From a bacterium (GTDB lineage Bacteria; Hinthialibacterota; Hinthialibacteria; Hinthialibacterales; Hinthialibacteraceae), in assembly GCA_041946805.1 (NCBI GenBank), contig JBHGBC010000065.1, forward strand, positions 1 to 29,211: DNA of 29,211 nucleotides. Direction: 5' to 3'. Positions 18,037 through 27,159 of this stretch are shown in pieces (within the stretch, counting starts at the first letter, position 1; each line of letters begins with the position of its first letter). The notes under the pieces were generated by a model. That model ran no database searches, was not told the DNA's origin, and saw only the letters and a list, made by a program, of their open reading frames with translations. The position numbers were made by a program, and so were the translations under genes.

Positions 18037-19500
18037 TCACGAACCCAATACCAGCCGCAGTCCCACGTAGGAATAATACCCTTCGGGATTTCCCGGTTCC
18101 CGGTTTGCGGATCGGCAATCCGTCGGTTCCAGTCCCCAGCAACCGCCCCGCCCGACACGATTGGTAGCGGTTTGGGGGCCGGAGGGATCAACTACCGCGT
18201 TAGATGGATACGGCCCGTATGAGTCCTGGCACCACTCGAATACGTTCCCGGCGATGTCATACAATCCCCAGGGATTCGGCAGTTTCAAACCAACTCTATG
18301 GGTTATGGATTGGGAGTTCGTTAAGCACCAGGCGTATCCGTTAAATTCATTGTTATTTGGATCATCTCCCCAAAAATAGCGGGTCGTGGTGCCCGCCCGG
18401 CAGGCATATTCCCATTCCGCCTCCGTGGGCAAGCGGAATGTCCCTAGGCCGAGGATATTCAAATTTTGGATGAATGCGTCACAATTTTTCCAGGAGACGC
18501 TGTCCATCGGATGATTGCCGTACTTGAAGGTGGATGGATTGATGCCCATGACCGCTACCCATTGCTCCTGGGTCACCTCGTATTTTCCCATGTAAAACGG
18601 TTGGCTGATGGTCACTTGATGCTGCGGAATCTCGTCATCGACACGATCCGGATCGCTTTCAGGAGATCCCATCATGAATGTCCCGGCTGGGATCAGCACC
18701 ATTTCCAAAGGCACGGCGTCCGGGGGCAGGTTGGGGAGCGGGATGGTGATGGTCTGGGGCAATTCAGGGGTCGGCGTGGGCGTAATAGTGGGAGTCAATG
18801 TCGGCGTGGGGGTTGCGGCCGGGAGGGGCGAGGGGGTTGGCGTGGGATTCGGTGATGAGGACACCGCCGCGCCGAATTCCCCGGCGTCCAATTTCAAGAC
18901 TTCCAACTTGTCCACGAACACCACCACGCTGCCCGTTTGCCCCGCCGCGGCCACCTGGATCAAAGGCGTAATCAGATCACCGCTGTCCGGTTCATAAACC
19001 AGGACGATCCGCCGTTCCTGGCCCACGAAACTGGCGGCGCTGGCCGGGATATGGGTGGCGATGGAGCCGTCAACCCCGTTGCCGTCATTCAGGTTGCCCC
19101 GCAGCGCCGCCAGGGCGATGGAGGCCCCCGGCGCGTTGGCCCGGACCGTCATGCGCAGCAGAAGGGGGCTGCCTTCGGTTTGGAGCGGGAAAAATGTTTG
19201 CAGAAAAGCCACTTCGCCTGGTTTGACGGTGATCGCCAAGCCCCGCTGATCTTGGGAGGATTTGAAAGTCCCGGGAGGAAAGGCGATGGGCGCCGCGGAT
19301 CCCGGGGCCTGGCCGGAAAAACCGCTGGTCGCTTCCGTCCAGCCGTTTTCCAGCATGGTGGTTTTGTCGAATTCATATACCAGCAGGGGAGTGGCAGCCT
19401 GGGAAAAAGCCGAAAGAGCCAGGCTGAATGACAGGAACGGCAGAAGAACGAGACAGCGCGCATACAACGCTTTCATGGGGACTGCATTCATACTTTTCAT
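18037..19500 (-). CDS. Secreted protein with C-terminal formylglycine-generating enzyme (FGE-sulfatase/SUMF1) domain
   Basis: Signal peptide, PT-repeat linker, then LIPAGTFMMGS, KYEVTQEQW, RLPTEAEWEYACRAG, PNPWGLYDIAGNVFEWCQD, RGGCW and GLRLV. Confidence 0.92.
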   Translation of the reverse strand: MKSMNAVPMKALYARCLVLLPFLSFSLALSAFSQAATPLLVYEFDKTTMLENGWTEATSGFSGQAPGSAAPIAFPPGTFKSSQDQRGLAITVKPGEVAFLQTFFPLQTEGSPLLLRMTVRANAPGASIALAALRGNLNDGNGVDGSIATHIPASAASFVGQERRIVLVYEPDSGDLITPLIQVAAAGQTGSVVVFVDKLEVLKLDAGEFGAAVSSSPNPTPTPSPLPAATPTPTLTPTITPTPTPELPQTITIPLPNLPPDAVPLEMVLIPAGTFMMGSPESDPDRVDDEIPQHQVTISQPFYMGKYEVTQEQWVAVMGINPSTFKYGNHPMDSVSWKNCDAFIQNLNILGLGTFRLPTEAEWEYACRAGTTTRYFWGDDPNNNEFNGYAWCLTNSQSITHRVGLKLPNPWGLYDIAGNVFEWCQDSYGPYPSNAVVDPSGPQTATNRVGRGGCWGLEPTDCRSANREPGNPEGYYSYVGLRLVLGS

Positions 19501-19530
19501 CCTCGATGAATTGGGGTGTGAAATGATTAT

Positions 19531-19789
19531 GGTTCATCCGACAAGTGAGTACCTACGACGCTCTTGGCCCAGGGTTGAAACCCTGGGCGGCTGCAAAGCC
19601 GTCCCCAGAAGGGGACTCCGTAAGGGCAAGACATCAACCAATTCCAGAGAGACACAGTGGGACGAAAGGGCTTTCATCATAATCCAATCCACTCACCCAG
19701 AGAGAGACTTGGGGGTAGTTCTCTCCAGACGGTTTGATGGGATGGCATAGCAAACTACTGAGAAAAAGTATGCACTTACCGGATGAGCC
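19531..19789. mobile_element. Element with family-1 TIRs but different internal sequence (259 bp)
   Basis: GGTTCATCCGACAAGTGAGTAC / GTATGCACTTACCGGATGAGCC ends; internal GCCCAGGGTTGAAACCCTGGGC and GTCCCC..GGGGAC REP-like hairpins; no BoxC core. Confidence 0.7.
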
Positions 19790-20083
19790 ATAATTATGAG
19801 AGACAAGGGAGGAAAATAGGTTCGAACAGGAGGCGCTAAATGGTTATCCATACAATCGAACCAATGTAATTTTCCCTCGAAACCAAGAAATTACAAGTAA
19901 TTCCGGTTCCTCGAGGAAGAGTTTTTTTTAGAAAGCGCCGCTGATCCTCCGTCGTCAACAAGGGGTGGGTTCAAAGCGATGCCGGGTGACCTGAAAGCGC
20001 GGCGTAGCCCGCCAATATAACTGCCTTGGTTCTGTTGAGTTTTCGTAATGAATGATTCACCGAAATGCGGAACCGCCTTCTCA

Positions 20084-20280
20084 GCGCCAACGGCGCGGCA
20101 TGAGTATGGCCCTGGGCGCAAGCCCCGGGACGATAGGGATCAAAACCATGCATTCCCTCTCCCTCCGGGAGAGGATCCGGGTGAAGGAATTTTTGTAAGG
20201 CCGGACCTTGATGTCCGTCCTCATCCAGGGGTGAACGGAATTAATTTTGATCAATCAGGTACGCAATTCCCGCAGGAACC
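20084..20280. repeat. Partial MITE-like family 1 copy with REP-like hairpins (same layout as 135-342)
   Basis: GCGCCAACGGCGCG, CCTGGGC..GCCCCGGG, CCCTCTCCCTCCGGGAGAGG, CGGACCTTGATGTCCG and decayed right TIR GTACGCAATTCCCGCAGGAACC. Confidence 0.7.
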
Positions 20281-20318
20281 GTATTTGACTATGTTTGAAA
20301 AACTCAACCCAACTTGAT

Positions 20319-20430
20319 CCCCGTAGGGGATTTATATTTGAGTAGCCGTAGGTTTTAACCTACGGCATTGGAGTTTGGCTATTCGGAAGCAAGCCGCAGG
20401 TTTTAACCTGCGGCATTTTAACCTACGGCA
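20319..20430. repeat. REP-like palindromes
   Basis: CCCCGTAGGGG, GCCGTAGGTTTTAACCTACGGC and GCCGCAGGTTTTAACCTGCGGC, plus an extra TTTTAACCTACGGCA arm. Confidence 0.75.
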
Positions 20431-21727
20431 AAAATTCTCTGTCCGGTTCCCTGCATAGGAAAAACGCGGATCCAAATAAGCAGAGCAATCCAAAAAAATC
20501 CTTGTCGATGAACAGTTGGGTGATACCGGGTGGGATATGGTTCGGGGGCCAGTTCAATTGGATGAGCACTAATCCGATCAGCGCCAGAAGCAGGGAACCG
20601 GTCCGGGATTCCCGGTACGCGGCCCAGAGGATCTGGACAAGAGGGAAGAAGGTCCAGGCCAGGGTGTATCCGGCCAGGCGCGGGGGAATGAGCAAAGTTC
20701 CCAGCAGGAGGAGGGCGAGGATCCGGCCGTCGCAGGGATCGAATTCTGCGCGCTTTTGCCGGTTGTGGATGGCGTAGGCCATGGCGGCGAACACCCACAG
20801 GGGAAAGAGCGGGACTAAGATGTTAGTCAAAAGAGGAGAGCGCAAGAGAGGTTCGGCGAAATACGTATCGGAAAAGGTGCGCAGGATCACGGTGGTGGAG
20901 GAACAATTGTAAAAGCTTTGGACCTGCTCATCCCACAGCGCTTGCCACTGAGGGCCGCGATAAAAATGTATCATTTCCCCAGTGGCCTTGTAATCCAAGA
21001 GGAAAACCAGGCTCAGTCCAAGAAAAGCGGCGGCCAGGGCGCGGAGAAAGGTTTTGTCGCGCAGATGGAGGGGGTACAAGGCCAGCAGCAGGGATGAGCC
21101 TTTGAGGGTCCCCCCCAGCGCGAACAGCAGGGAGGCGGTTCCTGTCCGCGCGCGGCGCCAGGCGGCCAGCGCGCCGAGGATCAACGCCGATTCGAGGATG
21201 GCGATGTTCCCAGCGTTGAAATCAAGGGCGATGGGACGGTAATAAATGGCGGCGAAATGGCACACGGCCAGGGATACGGGATGGATCCGGATCCGGGCCA
21301 GGAAGAGGGCCAGGAAGATTGTGGCCTCCAACGCGGCGCACTTGATGGCCAGCCAGGCAAACGCGGCGGGGAAGAAGGGCAGCAACGCCAGAGGAGTCAA
21401 GATCCGAGCCAAATAGGGGGGGTAGAGATATGGTAGACCTCCGTATCCCGCGCCTTCCACGGTTTGGGCGAGGGCCGAAAGGCGCGCGGGTTCGTACGGA
21501 TTGTCTCCGTTCCACAAGGCGCGGGTGGCGAGGTAGTAGACAGGGAAATCCCATTGGCGCTTGATGCAATCGCCGAACGCCAGGAACAAGACGCCGAAAC
21601 CGATCCCAAAGGCCAGCAAACGGCCATAGGCATCGAGGGGCTTGAGCGCGAAGGCTGCGAAGGCCGGTCGGACCATGATCCGAATTCCCCGGGATGAATT
21701 GGAAAACGGATCCATAATCCACTCCAC
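20423..21727 (-). CDS. Glycosyltransferase family 87 / DUF2029 (GT-C) membrane protein
   Basis: DFPVYYLATRALWNGDNPY, YLYPP and DFNAGNI motifs; many TM helices. Start uncertain (21727, 21715 or ~21677). Confidence 0.85.
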   Translation of the reverse strand: MEWIMDPFSNSSRGIRIMVRPAFAAFALKPLDAYGRLLAFGIGFGVLFLAFGDCIKRQWDFPVYYLATRALWNGDNPYEPARLSALAQTVEGAGYGGLPYLYPPYLARILTPLALLPFFPAAFAWLAIKCAALEATIFLALFLARIRIHPVSLAVCHFAAIYYRPIALDFNAGNIAILESALILGALAAWRRARTGTASLLFALGGTLKGSSLLLALYPLHLRDKTFLRALAAAFLGLSLVFLLDYKATGEMIHFYRGPQWQALWDEQVQSFYNCSSTTVILRTFSDTYFAEPLLRSPLLTNILVPLFPLWVFAAMAYAIHNRQKRAEFDPCDGRILALLLLGTLLIPPRLAGYTLAWTFFPLVQILWAAYRESRTGSLLLALIGLVLIQLNWPPNHIPPGITQLFIDKDFFGLLCLFGSAFFLCREPDREFLP

Positions 21728-21898
21728 GGGGGGGAATTCAAGGCAGGAAGGTTGTAGATTGGGGAGGTTTTTTTCCCCTCGCGATTATCGTTGGAATCCA
21801 GCGTCAGGAGCTTCCATCCGCTTTCCAGACCCCAGGGGATTTGATAGGATGGATTGATTTCTCATCCATCACGACGAGTTTGCAAAGGAAGATCGATC

Positions 21899-22609
21899 AT
21901 GAAATCCCTCCTCATTCCTGGACTGGCGTTCTCGTTCCTTTTATGGGTGAATTGTCCTGTTCGGCCGGGAGAGAATCCAACCGCGGCTGGAGAAAACGCG
22001 GCCGCCGTGAAAATCGGGGATAAAGTCACCTTGAGTCCACCCCCGGCGAAAGGCCATCTTTCGTTGGAAGAAAGCCTATGGCTGCGGCGGTCCATCCGCT
22101 CCTTCACGGATCAGCCCCTGACCTGGGACCAGATCGGCCGGCTGCTGTGGGCCGCGCAGGGCGTGAACCGTCCCGGAACGGGCGGCCGCACCAGTCCCTC
22201 GGCGGGCGCCACCTATCCGCTGGAAACCTACGTGGTCCTTCCCGATGGCGTCTACAAATACCTTCCCCCCGAACACGCCGCCCAGAAAGTGGTGTCGGGG
22301 GAGATGCGTCAAATATTAAGAGAAGCCGGGCTTGGGTCGGACTCGGCGCAGCCATCCCCCTGCGTTTTGATCTTCACCGCGGTCTTCGAACGCACCGTGG
22401 CGAAATTCGGGAAAGACGCGTATCCCTATGTCTATTTGGAGGCCGGGCACGCCGCCCAGAACGTGCTGCTCGAGGCGGCCGCCCTGGGACTGGGCGCGGT
22501 CCCCAACGGCTCGATACTGGGATACGGGAGCAAAAAGCCGTTGGGCCTGCCCCGCGGCGAGGATGTGGTTTACATCCTGATCATCGGATATCCCAAGGCC
22601 GAAAACTAA
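21899..22609 (+). CDS. SagB/ThcOx-type nitroreductase-family protein with N-terminal signal-like peptide
   Basis: RRSIRSF, LLWAAQG, RTSPSAGATYPLE and EAGHAAQNVLL; AAAGGA before ATG 21899. Confidence 0.9.
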   Translation: MKSLLIPGLAFSFLLWVNCPVRPGENPTAAGENAAAVKIGDKVTLSPPPAKGHLSLEESLWLRRSIRSFTDQPLTWDQIGRLLWAAQGVNRPGTGGRTSPSAGATYPLETYVVLPDGVYKYLPPEHAAQKVVSGEMRQILREAGLGSDSAQPSPCVLIFTAVFERTVAKFGKDAYPYVYLEAGHAAQNVLLEAAALGLGAVPNGSILGYGSKKPLGLPRGEDVVYILIIGYPKAEN

Positions 22610-22650
22610 GGTTTTGGGGGTAAGCGTTCTCTAAAGGCAAAAGTTTTTTT

Positions 22651-22760
22651 GTAACTATTTACCCGAATGCAGAACTTTCGCTGTGCTTGATTCGCAGTAT
22701 GAGCAGGGATGGTAGCGTTAACTCATTCCCTCTCCCCGAGGGATAGGGAATGGGGGGTGG
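22651..22760. repeat. Partial MITE-like family 2 copy
   Basis: GTAACTATTTACCCGAATGCAGAACTTT...ATTCGCAGTATGAGCAGGGATGG...ATTCCCTCTCCC aligns with sequence from 17110; right TIR not recognisable. Confidence 0.6.
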
Positions 22761-22863
22761 ATCTCTCCGCCCGGCGTGATTGGATACGGCATGTGCTTAT
22801 GGGAAAAAGGTGAATCGTGTGCGAATGAATGATCAATGGACTTAACGAAATAAGGAGAATTCA

Positions 22864-24405
22864 ATGGACAAGCAAACGTCCCTCTTACATCAATCCCCAT
22901 CGGTGGTTTCACGACGAAGGTTTCTCGGTGGCACGTTGGCCGCCTCGGCGTTGGGCGGATTCATGTTCGTGCCCCGGCGGGTGCTGGGTGGCGGGGGATC
23001 GATTCCACCCAGTGATAAACTCAACACCGCCTTCATCGGAACCGGATCCCAGGGGCTGCGGGTCATGCTGGAGTTTCTGAAACAGCCGGAAATCCAGGCG
23101 GTGGCGGTCTGCGATCCCAACCTGCGCAGCGCCGATTATCCGCAGTGGGGGAAGACAGAGTTCCGCGACGCGGTGCGTGAACTGCTCGAGACCAATTCCG
23201 GCTGGGATTGGCTGAGTACTGATCAGGAGATCCGGCTGACCCATTCCATGACCTGCACCGCCGGCGTGTCCGGACGCGATCCCTGTAAACAGATCGTGGA
23301 GGCTTACTATGGCAAGTTGAAACCCTCCGGCGAATACCGGGGCTGCGCGGCTTACAGCGATTTCCGCGATCTGTTGGAGCAGGAAGCGAAGGTGGACGCG
23401 GTGGTGGTGGGGACGCCCGATCATCTGCACGCCGCGGTATCCGTGGCCGCGATGAAAAAGGGGAAGCATGTATTCTGCCAGAAGCCGATGACCCGCAGTG
23501 TGGCGGAAGCGCGCCGCATGGCCGAGGTCGCCAAGGAAGCCGGAGTGGCCACCCAGGTGGCGGTGGGCAACCAGGCGTCGGAAGACACGCGCCGGCTGCG
23601 CGAATGGATCGCGGCGGGGACGATCGGGCCGGTGCGGGAAGTGATCAACTGGTCCAGCCGTCCCTTCTGGCCCCAGGCCGTCGAGCGCCCCGCCGAAGCG
23701 CAACAGATTCCCGAGGGTCTGGATTGGGATTTGTGGCTTGGCCCCGCCCCCGAGCGGCCCTTTCATTTCATCTATTTGCCGTTCGTCTGGCGCGGCTGGC
23801 ATGATTTCGGCTGCGGCGCGCTGGGGGACATGGGCTGCTACAGTTTCGACACGATATTCCGCGTGTTGAATCTGGACGCGCCGGTCAGCGTGGAAGCCAG
23901 TTCCACGGAGATGTACGCCGAAACGTATCCCCAGGCTTCCATCATTCATTTTCAATTCCCGGCCCGGGGAGACCAACCTCCCGTGAAAGTGACCTGGTAC
24001 GACGGCGGATTGAAACCGCCCCGTCCCGCGGAATTGGAGGAAGACCGCCTGCTGGACAAGGAAGGCCTGATGTTCATCGGCGACGGCGGCGTGATTCTCT
24101 GCGAATTCAGCGGCGGCGAACCGAAATTGATTCCCGAGGCGAAGATGAAAGCGTTCCAACAGCCGCCGAAAACGCTCCCCCGCTCTCCCGGCAATGACCG
24201 GGAATGGATCGAAGCCTGCCGGGGAGGGAAGAACAAGCCCGGCGCGGACTTCGAGTTCTCCAGCCGGGTGACCGAAACCATCCTGTTGGGCAACGTCGCG
24301 CTCCGGGCCGGCCAACGCTTGGCCTGGAACCCGGACACGATGTCGGCGGGCGAGGCCGCCCGGCCGTTCATCGCTCCCGAACGCCGGCAAGGATGGCCGT
24401 TGTGA
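22864..24405 (+). CDS. Tat-exported Gfo/Idh/MocA family oxidoreductase (long type)
   Basis: SRRRFL signal, FIGTGSQG, GTPDHLHA, KHVFCQKP, DWDLWLGPAP and GALGDMGCY; AAGGAG Shine-Dalgarno. Confidence 0.93.
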   Translation: MDKQTSLLHQSPSVVSRRRFLGGTLAASALGGFMFVPRRVLGGGGSIPPSDKLNTAFIGTGSQGLRVMLEFLKQPEIQAVAVCDPNLRSADYPQWGKTEFRDAVRELLETNSGWDWLSTDQEIRLTHSMTCTAGVSGRDPCKQIVEAYYGKLKPSGEYRGCAAYSDFRDLLEQEAKVDAVVVGTPDHLHAAVSVAAMKKGKHVFCQKPMTRSVAEARRMAEVAKEAGVATQVAVGNQASEDTRRLREWIAAGTIGPVREVINWSSRPFWPQAVERPAEAQQIPEGLDWDLWLGPAPERPFHFIYLPFVWRGWHDFGCGALGDMGCYSFDTIFRVLNLDAPVSVEASSTEMYAETYPQASIIHFQFPARGDQPPVKVTWYDGGLKPPRPAELEEDRLLDKEGLMFIGDGGVILCEFSGGEPKLIPEAKMKAFQQPPKTLPRSPGNDREWIEACRGGKNKPGADFEFSSRVTETILLGNVALRAGQRLAWNPDTMSAGEAARPFIAPERRQGWPL

Positions 24406-24434
24406 ACTACCAGGACAATGTAAAAGATCAACCT

Positions 24435-25061
24435 ATGAAATCCACATCCCCGCCCCGCGCGTTTACCTTGATTGAACTCCTGATCGTGGTCGCGATCATC
24501 GGCATTTTGGCGGCCATCGCCGTTCCCAATTTCCTGAACGCCCAGGTCCGGGCCAAAATCGGCCGCGTCCGGTCGGATCTCTACGCCTTCGCGGCCGCCA
24601 TGGAAGCCTATCACATCGACTGCAATGAATACCCGTGGGGCAGCTACCCCAACAACCAGGGAGGCTACACCACGGGCAGTTTGTTTGGCCTGACCACCCC
24701 CATCGCGTACATGTCGTCGGTGGGACAATTGGACCCCTTCGGAGAAGGGGAATGGGTGGCCCACGGCGTGACCAACGAGCAGTATTACGTGTACGTGAAT
24801 TACAACGGCTTCTGGGCGCGCAATGACAGTTCGGCCCAGGGCTATTTCAACAGCCATTCCTTGTTCAAGGGCTACGGCATGACCAGCTTCGGCCCCGACC
24901 GGCTCGACACCGGCGGGGTGTGGACTCCCTTGCGGTATAAAATCGGCAGTATCGCGGTGGGAAATCTGTCTTTATACGCGTCGTCCAATGGCCTCATCAG
25001 TTACGGGGACATCTGCCGCTATGGCGGGGAAGCGCAGGCCAACACCGCCGGGGGGGAATAA
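24435..25061 (+). CDS. Prepilin-type N-terminal cleavage/methylation domain protein (GspG/type IV pilin-like)
   Basis: RA|FTLIELLIVVAIIGILAAIAVPNF class III signal; head domain LTTPIAY...DPF...SFGPD...SNGLISYGDI. Confidence 0.92.
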   Translation: MKSTSPPRAFTLIELLIVVAIIGILAAIAVPNFLNAQVRAKIGRVRSDLYAFAAAMEAYHIDCNEYPWGSYPNNQGGYTTGSLFGLTTPIAYMSSVGQLDPFGEGEWVAHGVTNEQYYVYVNYNGFWARNDSSAQGYFNSHSLFKGYGMTSFGPDRLDTGGVWTPLRYKIGSIAVGNLSLYASSNGLISYGDICRYGGEAQANTAGGE

Positions 25062-25120
25062 CATCATGCGGACAGGATTTGCGTATCCCGAAATCCTCTA
25101 CAACCAAAAAAGGCATCTCC

Positions 25121-25816
25121 ATGAACTACACCTACGATGATATCGCCAAGATGATCGATCATTCCCTGCTCAATCCCGCGTTGACGGAACGGGATCTGGA
25201 GGAGGGCTGCCGGCTGGCCCTGCGGTACAACACCGCCAGTGTCTGCATCCTGCCCTACTACCTGAAGCGCTGCGCCGGAATCCTGGCGGGCAGCACGGTC
25301 AAGGCCAGCACTACCATTGGTTTCCCTCACGGGGGACACACCACCGCGGTCAAACGTGCTGAAGCGGAACAGGCGCTCGATGACGGAGGCGAGGAACTGG
25401 ATATGGTCATCAACATCAGCAAGGCCCTCAGCGGCGATTGGAATTATGTCGGCAACGAAATCGAGGAACTAACCAGCCTGATCCATGCCCGGGGACAGAA
25501 AATCAAGGTCATCTTCGAAAACTGCTATCTGAATGACAGCCAGAAGATCAAACTGTGTGAAATTTGCGGCGCGATCGGCGTGGATTGGGTGAAGACCAGC
25601 ACCGGCTACGGCGGCGGCGGGGCCACGTTCGAGGATTTGAAACTCATGCGCTTGCATTCGCCGGACCCCGTGCAGGTGAAGGCCGCGGGCGGCGTGCGCG
25701 ATCTCGACAAACTGCTGGAAGTGCGCGCCCTGGGCGTATCCCGCGTCGGCGCGAGCCGCACCCAAGACATCCTGGACGAATGCCAACGAAGGTTGGGGAT
25801 GGGACTCGGAGGTTGA
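25121..25816 (+). CDS. deoC: Deoxyribose-phosphate aldolase
   Basis: IDHSLLNP, TIGFPHG, ELDMVINI, KVIFENCYL, VKTSTG, VKAAGGVR and RVGAS motifs. Confidence 0.95.
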   Translation: MNYTYDDIAKMIDHSLLNPALTERDLEEGCRLALRYNTASVCILPYYLKRCAGILAGSTVKASTTIGFPHGGHTTAVKRAEAEQALDDGGEELDMVINISKALSGDWNYVGNEIEELTSLIHARGQKIKVIFENCYLNDSQKIKLCEICGAIGVDWVKTSTGYGGGGATFEDLKLMRLHSPDPVQVKAAGGVRDLDKLLEVRALGVSRVGASRTQDILDECQRRLGMGLGG

Positions 25817-25864
25817 GTTATCGCGAAGCGCGTAATCAACCAATACGAGAACTTCTCCTTTCCC

Positions 25865-25927
25865 TTCCTCATGGATACACTTCCCACCCCGCCGCGCGGG
25901 AGGGCAGATGGCTGTCGAAGACGTAGA
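25865..25927. repeat. 63-bp direct repeat, copy 1 (3' end of gene B2)
   Basis: 62/63 identical to 27152-27214. Confidence 0.95.
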
Positions 25928-26858
25928 TTTTCCGGTCGATCCCCGCGATGTACAGTTTTTGATCATCGGGCGAAAAGCAGGCGGCCGTCATGATGTTCTT
26001 TGCGCCGATATCGTACCGCTGCAGATCGGCCCCCGTCTCGGCGTCCACCAGGGTGGGCATCCCGTCCCGCCCGGTCGCCAGCCAGCGCTCGTCCGAGGTG
26101 AAGGTGACATCGCCATGCGCCGGCCAGAGCTCGAGGGTAGTTGTGTTAAGAAGATAGCAGAGATGTTCGTAATGCCAATCAGGAATCCGGTCCGTGGCTT
26201 CATGATACTCCGCATAGCGCGCGATCAAGAAACGGTCGGATGGGGAAAAGCGGATTTCTATTTCTTCCGGGGCTTCTATAATATAATTGATTGGCAGATT
26301 TATTGATATTATTTTTCCCCCATTATTTGTTTCCCAAATTCCAAAGGATTTTTGTATAGCTACATTTCCAACATCCCATAGTGCACAGGCAATCATTTTT
26401 TCATTGAACGAAAGCACTGGCAATTTTAATTCCAATCCGGAGTTAGATACATTTTCTAATTGGATATTTTTCAAAGCGTTTCGAGCAAGATCAATTTGTC
26501 TTATATCACCGGAACTATAACTCGATAACTCGTATTTATCTTCCTGAATTAGAAGAAGAAATATTTTTGTTTTTGAATCGAATTTCCATAGACTATGACT
26601 TTCAAGTGTTGTGGTCCATGCGGTTGGTATAACACCTTGACTGCCGAGAGAGACTACATTATAACCTAGATATGATACAAATATCTTATATTCTTCCGCC
26701 GTTAGTTTAAAGATAGACGGATTGCCTGGTATCTGTATCGAAGGAGTCCATTGAGGCTTGGGAGCTTCGATAACACTGGTTTCATTATAAACATTGATAG
26801 GAAGTCCAGTTAGACAAATAAAATATAAAATGAATATCAGAATATTTACACTATTCAT
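25869..26858 (-). CDS. Secreted WD40/beta-propeller-like protein B2
   Basis: AAAGGA Shine-Dalgarno; hydrophobic N-terminus; IRFSPSDRFL, VTFTSDERWLAT and ACFSPDDQKLYIAG repeats; ends VFDSHLPSRAAGWEVYP. Confidence 0.85.
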   Translation of the reverse strand: MNSVNILIFILYFICLTGLPINVYNETSVIEAPKPQWTPSIQIPGNPSIFKLTAEEYKIFVSYLGYNVVSLGSQGVIPTAWTTTLESHSLWKFDSKTKIFLLLIQEDKYELSSYSSGDIRQIDLARNALKNIQLENVSNSGLELKLPVLSFNEKMIACALWDVGNVAIQKSFGIWETNNGGKIISINLPINYIIEAPEEIEIRFSPSDRFLIARYAEYHEATDRIPDWHYEHLCYLLNTTTLELWPAHGDVTFTSDERWLATGRDGMPTLVDAETGADLQRYDIGAKNIMTAACFSPDDQKLYIAGIDRKIYVFDSHLPSRAAGWEVYP

Positions 26859-26910
26859 TGTAGTGAATCCTTTCGTAGAGGCAATTATTTACGAATATCA
26901 CATATTCATA

Positions 26911-27159
26911 TTATGGGGAAACAACAAACCGCAATGATTGGCGATAAATATCATGATCAATTAGTTGGGCTGTTGTTGAACTTGTAGGATGCCATTTAAC
27001 ACGCTGATAATATAATTTATTGTATTCGCAAGTTTGACCACTGTATCCGCCATAATCAGGAGGAATCCCATCGGTGACCCATCCCACTTATGTAAGATTT
27101 TCATAGGTATAAGAATCATGGACTCCATCATTGATTGTGCCAGCTTCAATTTTCCTCAT
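26911..27159 (-). pseudogene. Orphan C-terminal fragment A' homologous to the 28237..29211 gene; contains one in-frame stop
   Basis: Manual translation MRKIEAGTINDGVHDSYTYENLT*VGWVTDGIPPDYGGYSGQTCEYNKLYYQRVKWHPTSSTTAQLIDHDIYRQSLRFVVSP* aligns with YTYEYPTIIG..GGYSGHTTENNVLYYQK..LLDADIFRVPIRF of gene A. Internal TAA at 27090-27088. Confidence 0.85.

Noticed and set aside
18037..18160. FGE-sulfatase C-terminus as a diversity-generating retroelement target
   Set aside because: No template repeat differing at adenines and no reverse transcriptase in the window; trans targeting cannot be assessed here.
19935..20096. Possible tmRNA or other ncRNA (ATGCCGGG...AATATAACTGCC and a 10-bp closing stem)
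   Set aside because: No tRNA-like ends; the putative tag reads ALVLLSFRNE rather than ending in AA; one arm of the closing stem belongs to the GCGCCAACGGCGCG repeat also found at 135.
117..20317. Short ORFs over repeats (117..398, 1065..1340, 5353..5616, 10920..11111, 17173..17490, 20048..20317)
   Set aside because: They translate the BoxC/MITE sequence (e.g. PLSLWERARVR, PLPLGEGRGEG) and are not credible genes.
1496..24390. Long antisense or alternative-frame ORFs (e.g. 1496..2695, 6626..7693, 11291..12394, 12258..13703, 15436..16821, 22909..24390)
   Set aside because: They overlap well-supported genes on the opposite strand, lack recognisable motifs, and are expected in high-GC coding DNA.
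26961..27149. 62-aa ORF MKLAQSMM... from the ORF track
   Set aside because: A different frame over the same bases carries clear homology to gene A, so this ORF is probably a shadow of the A' fragment.
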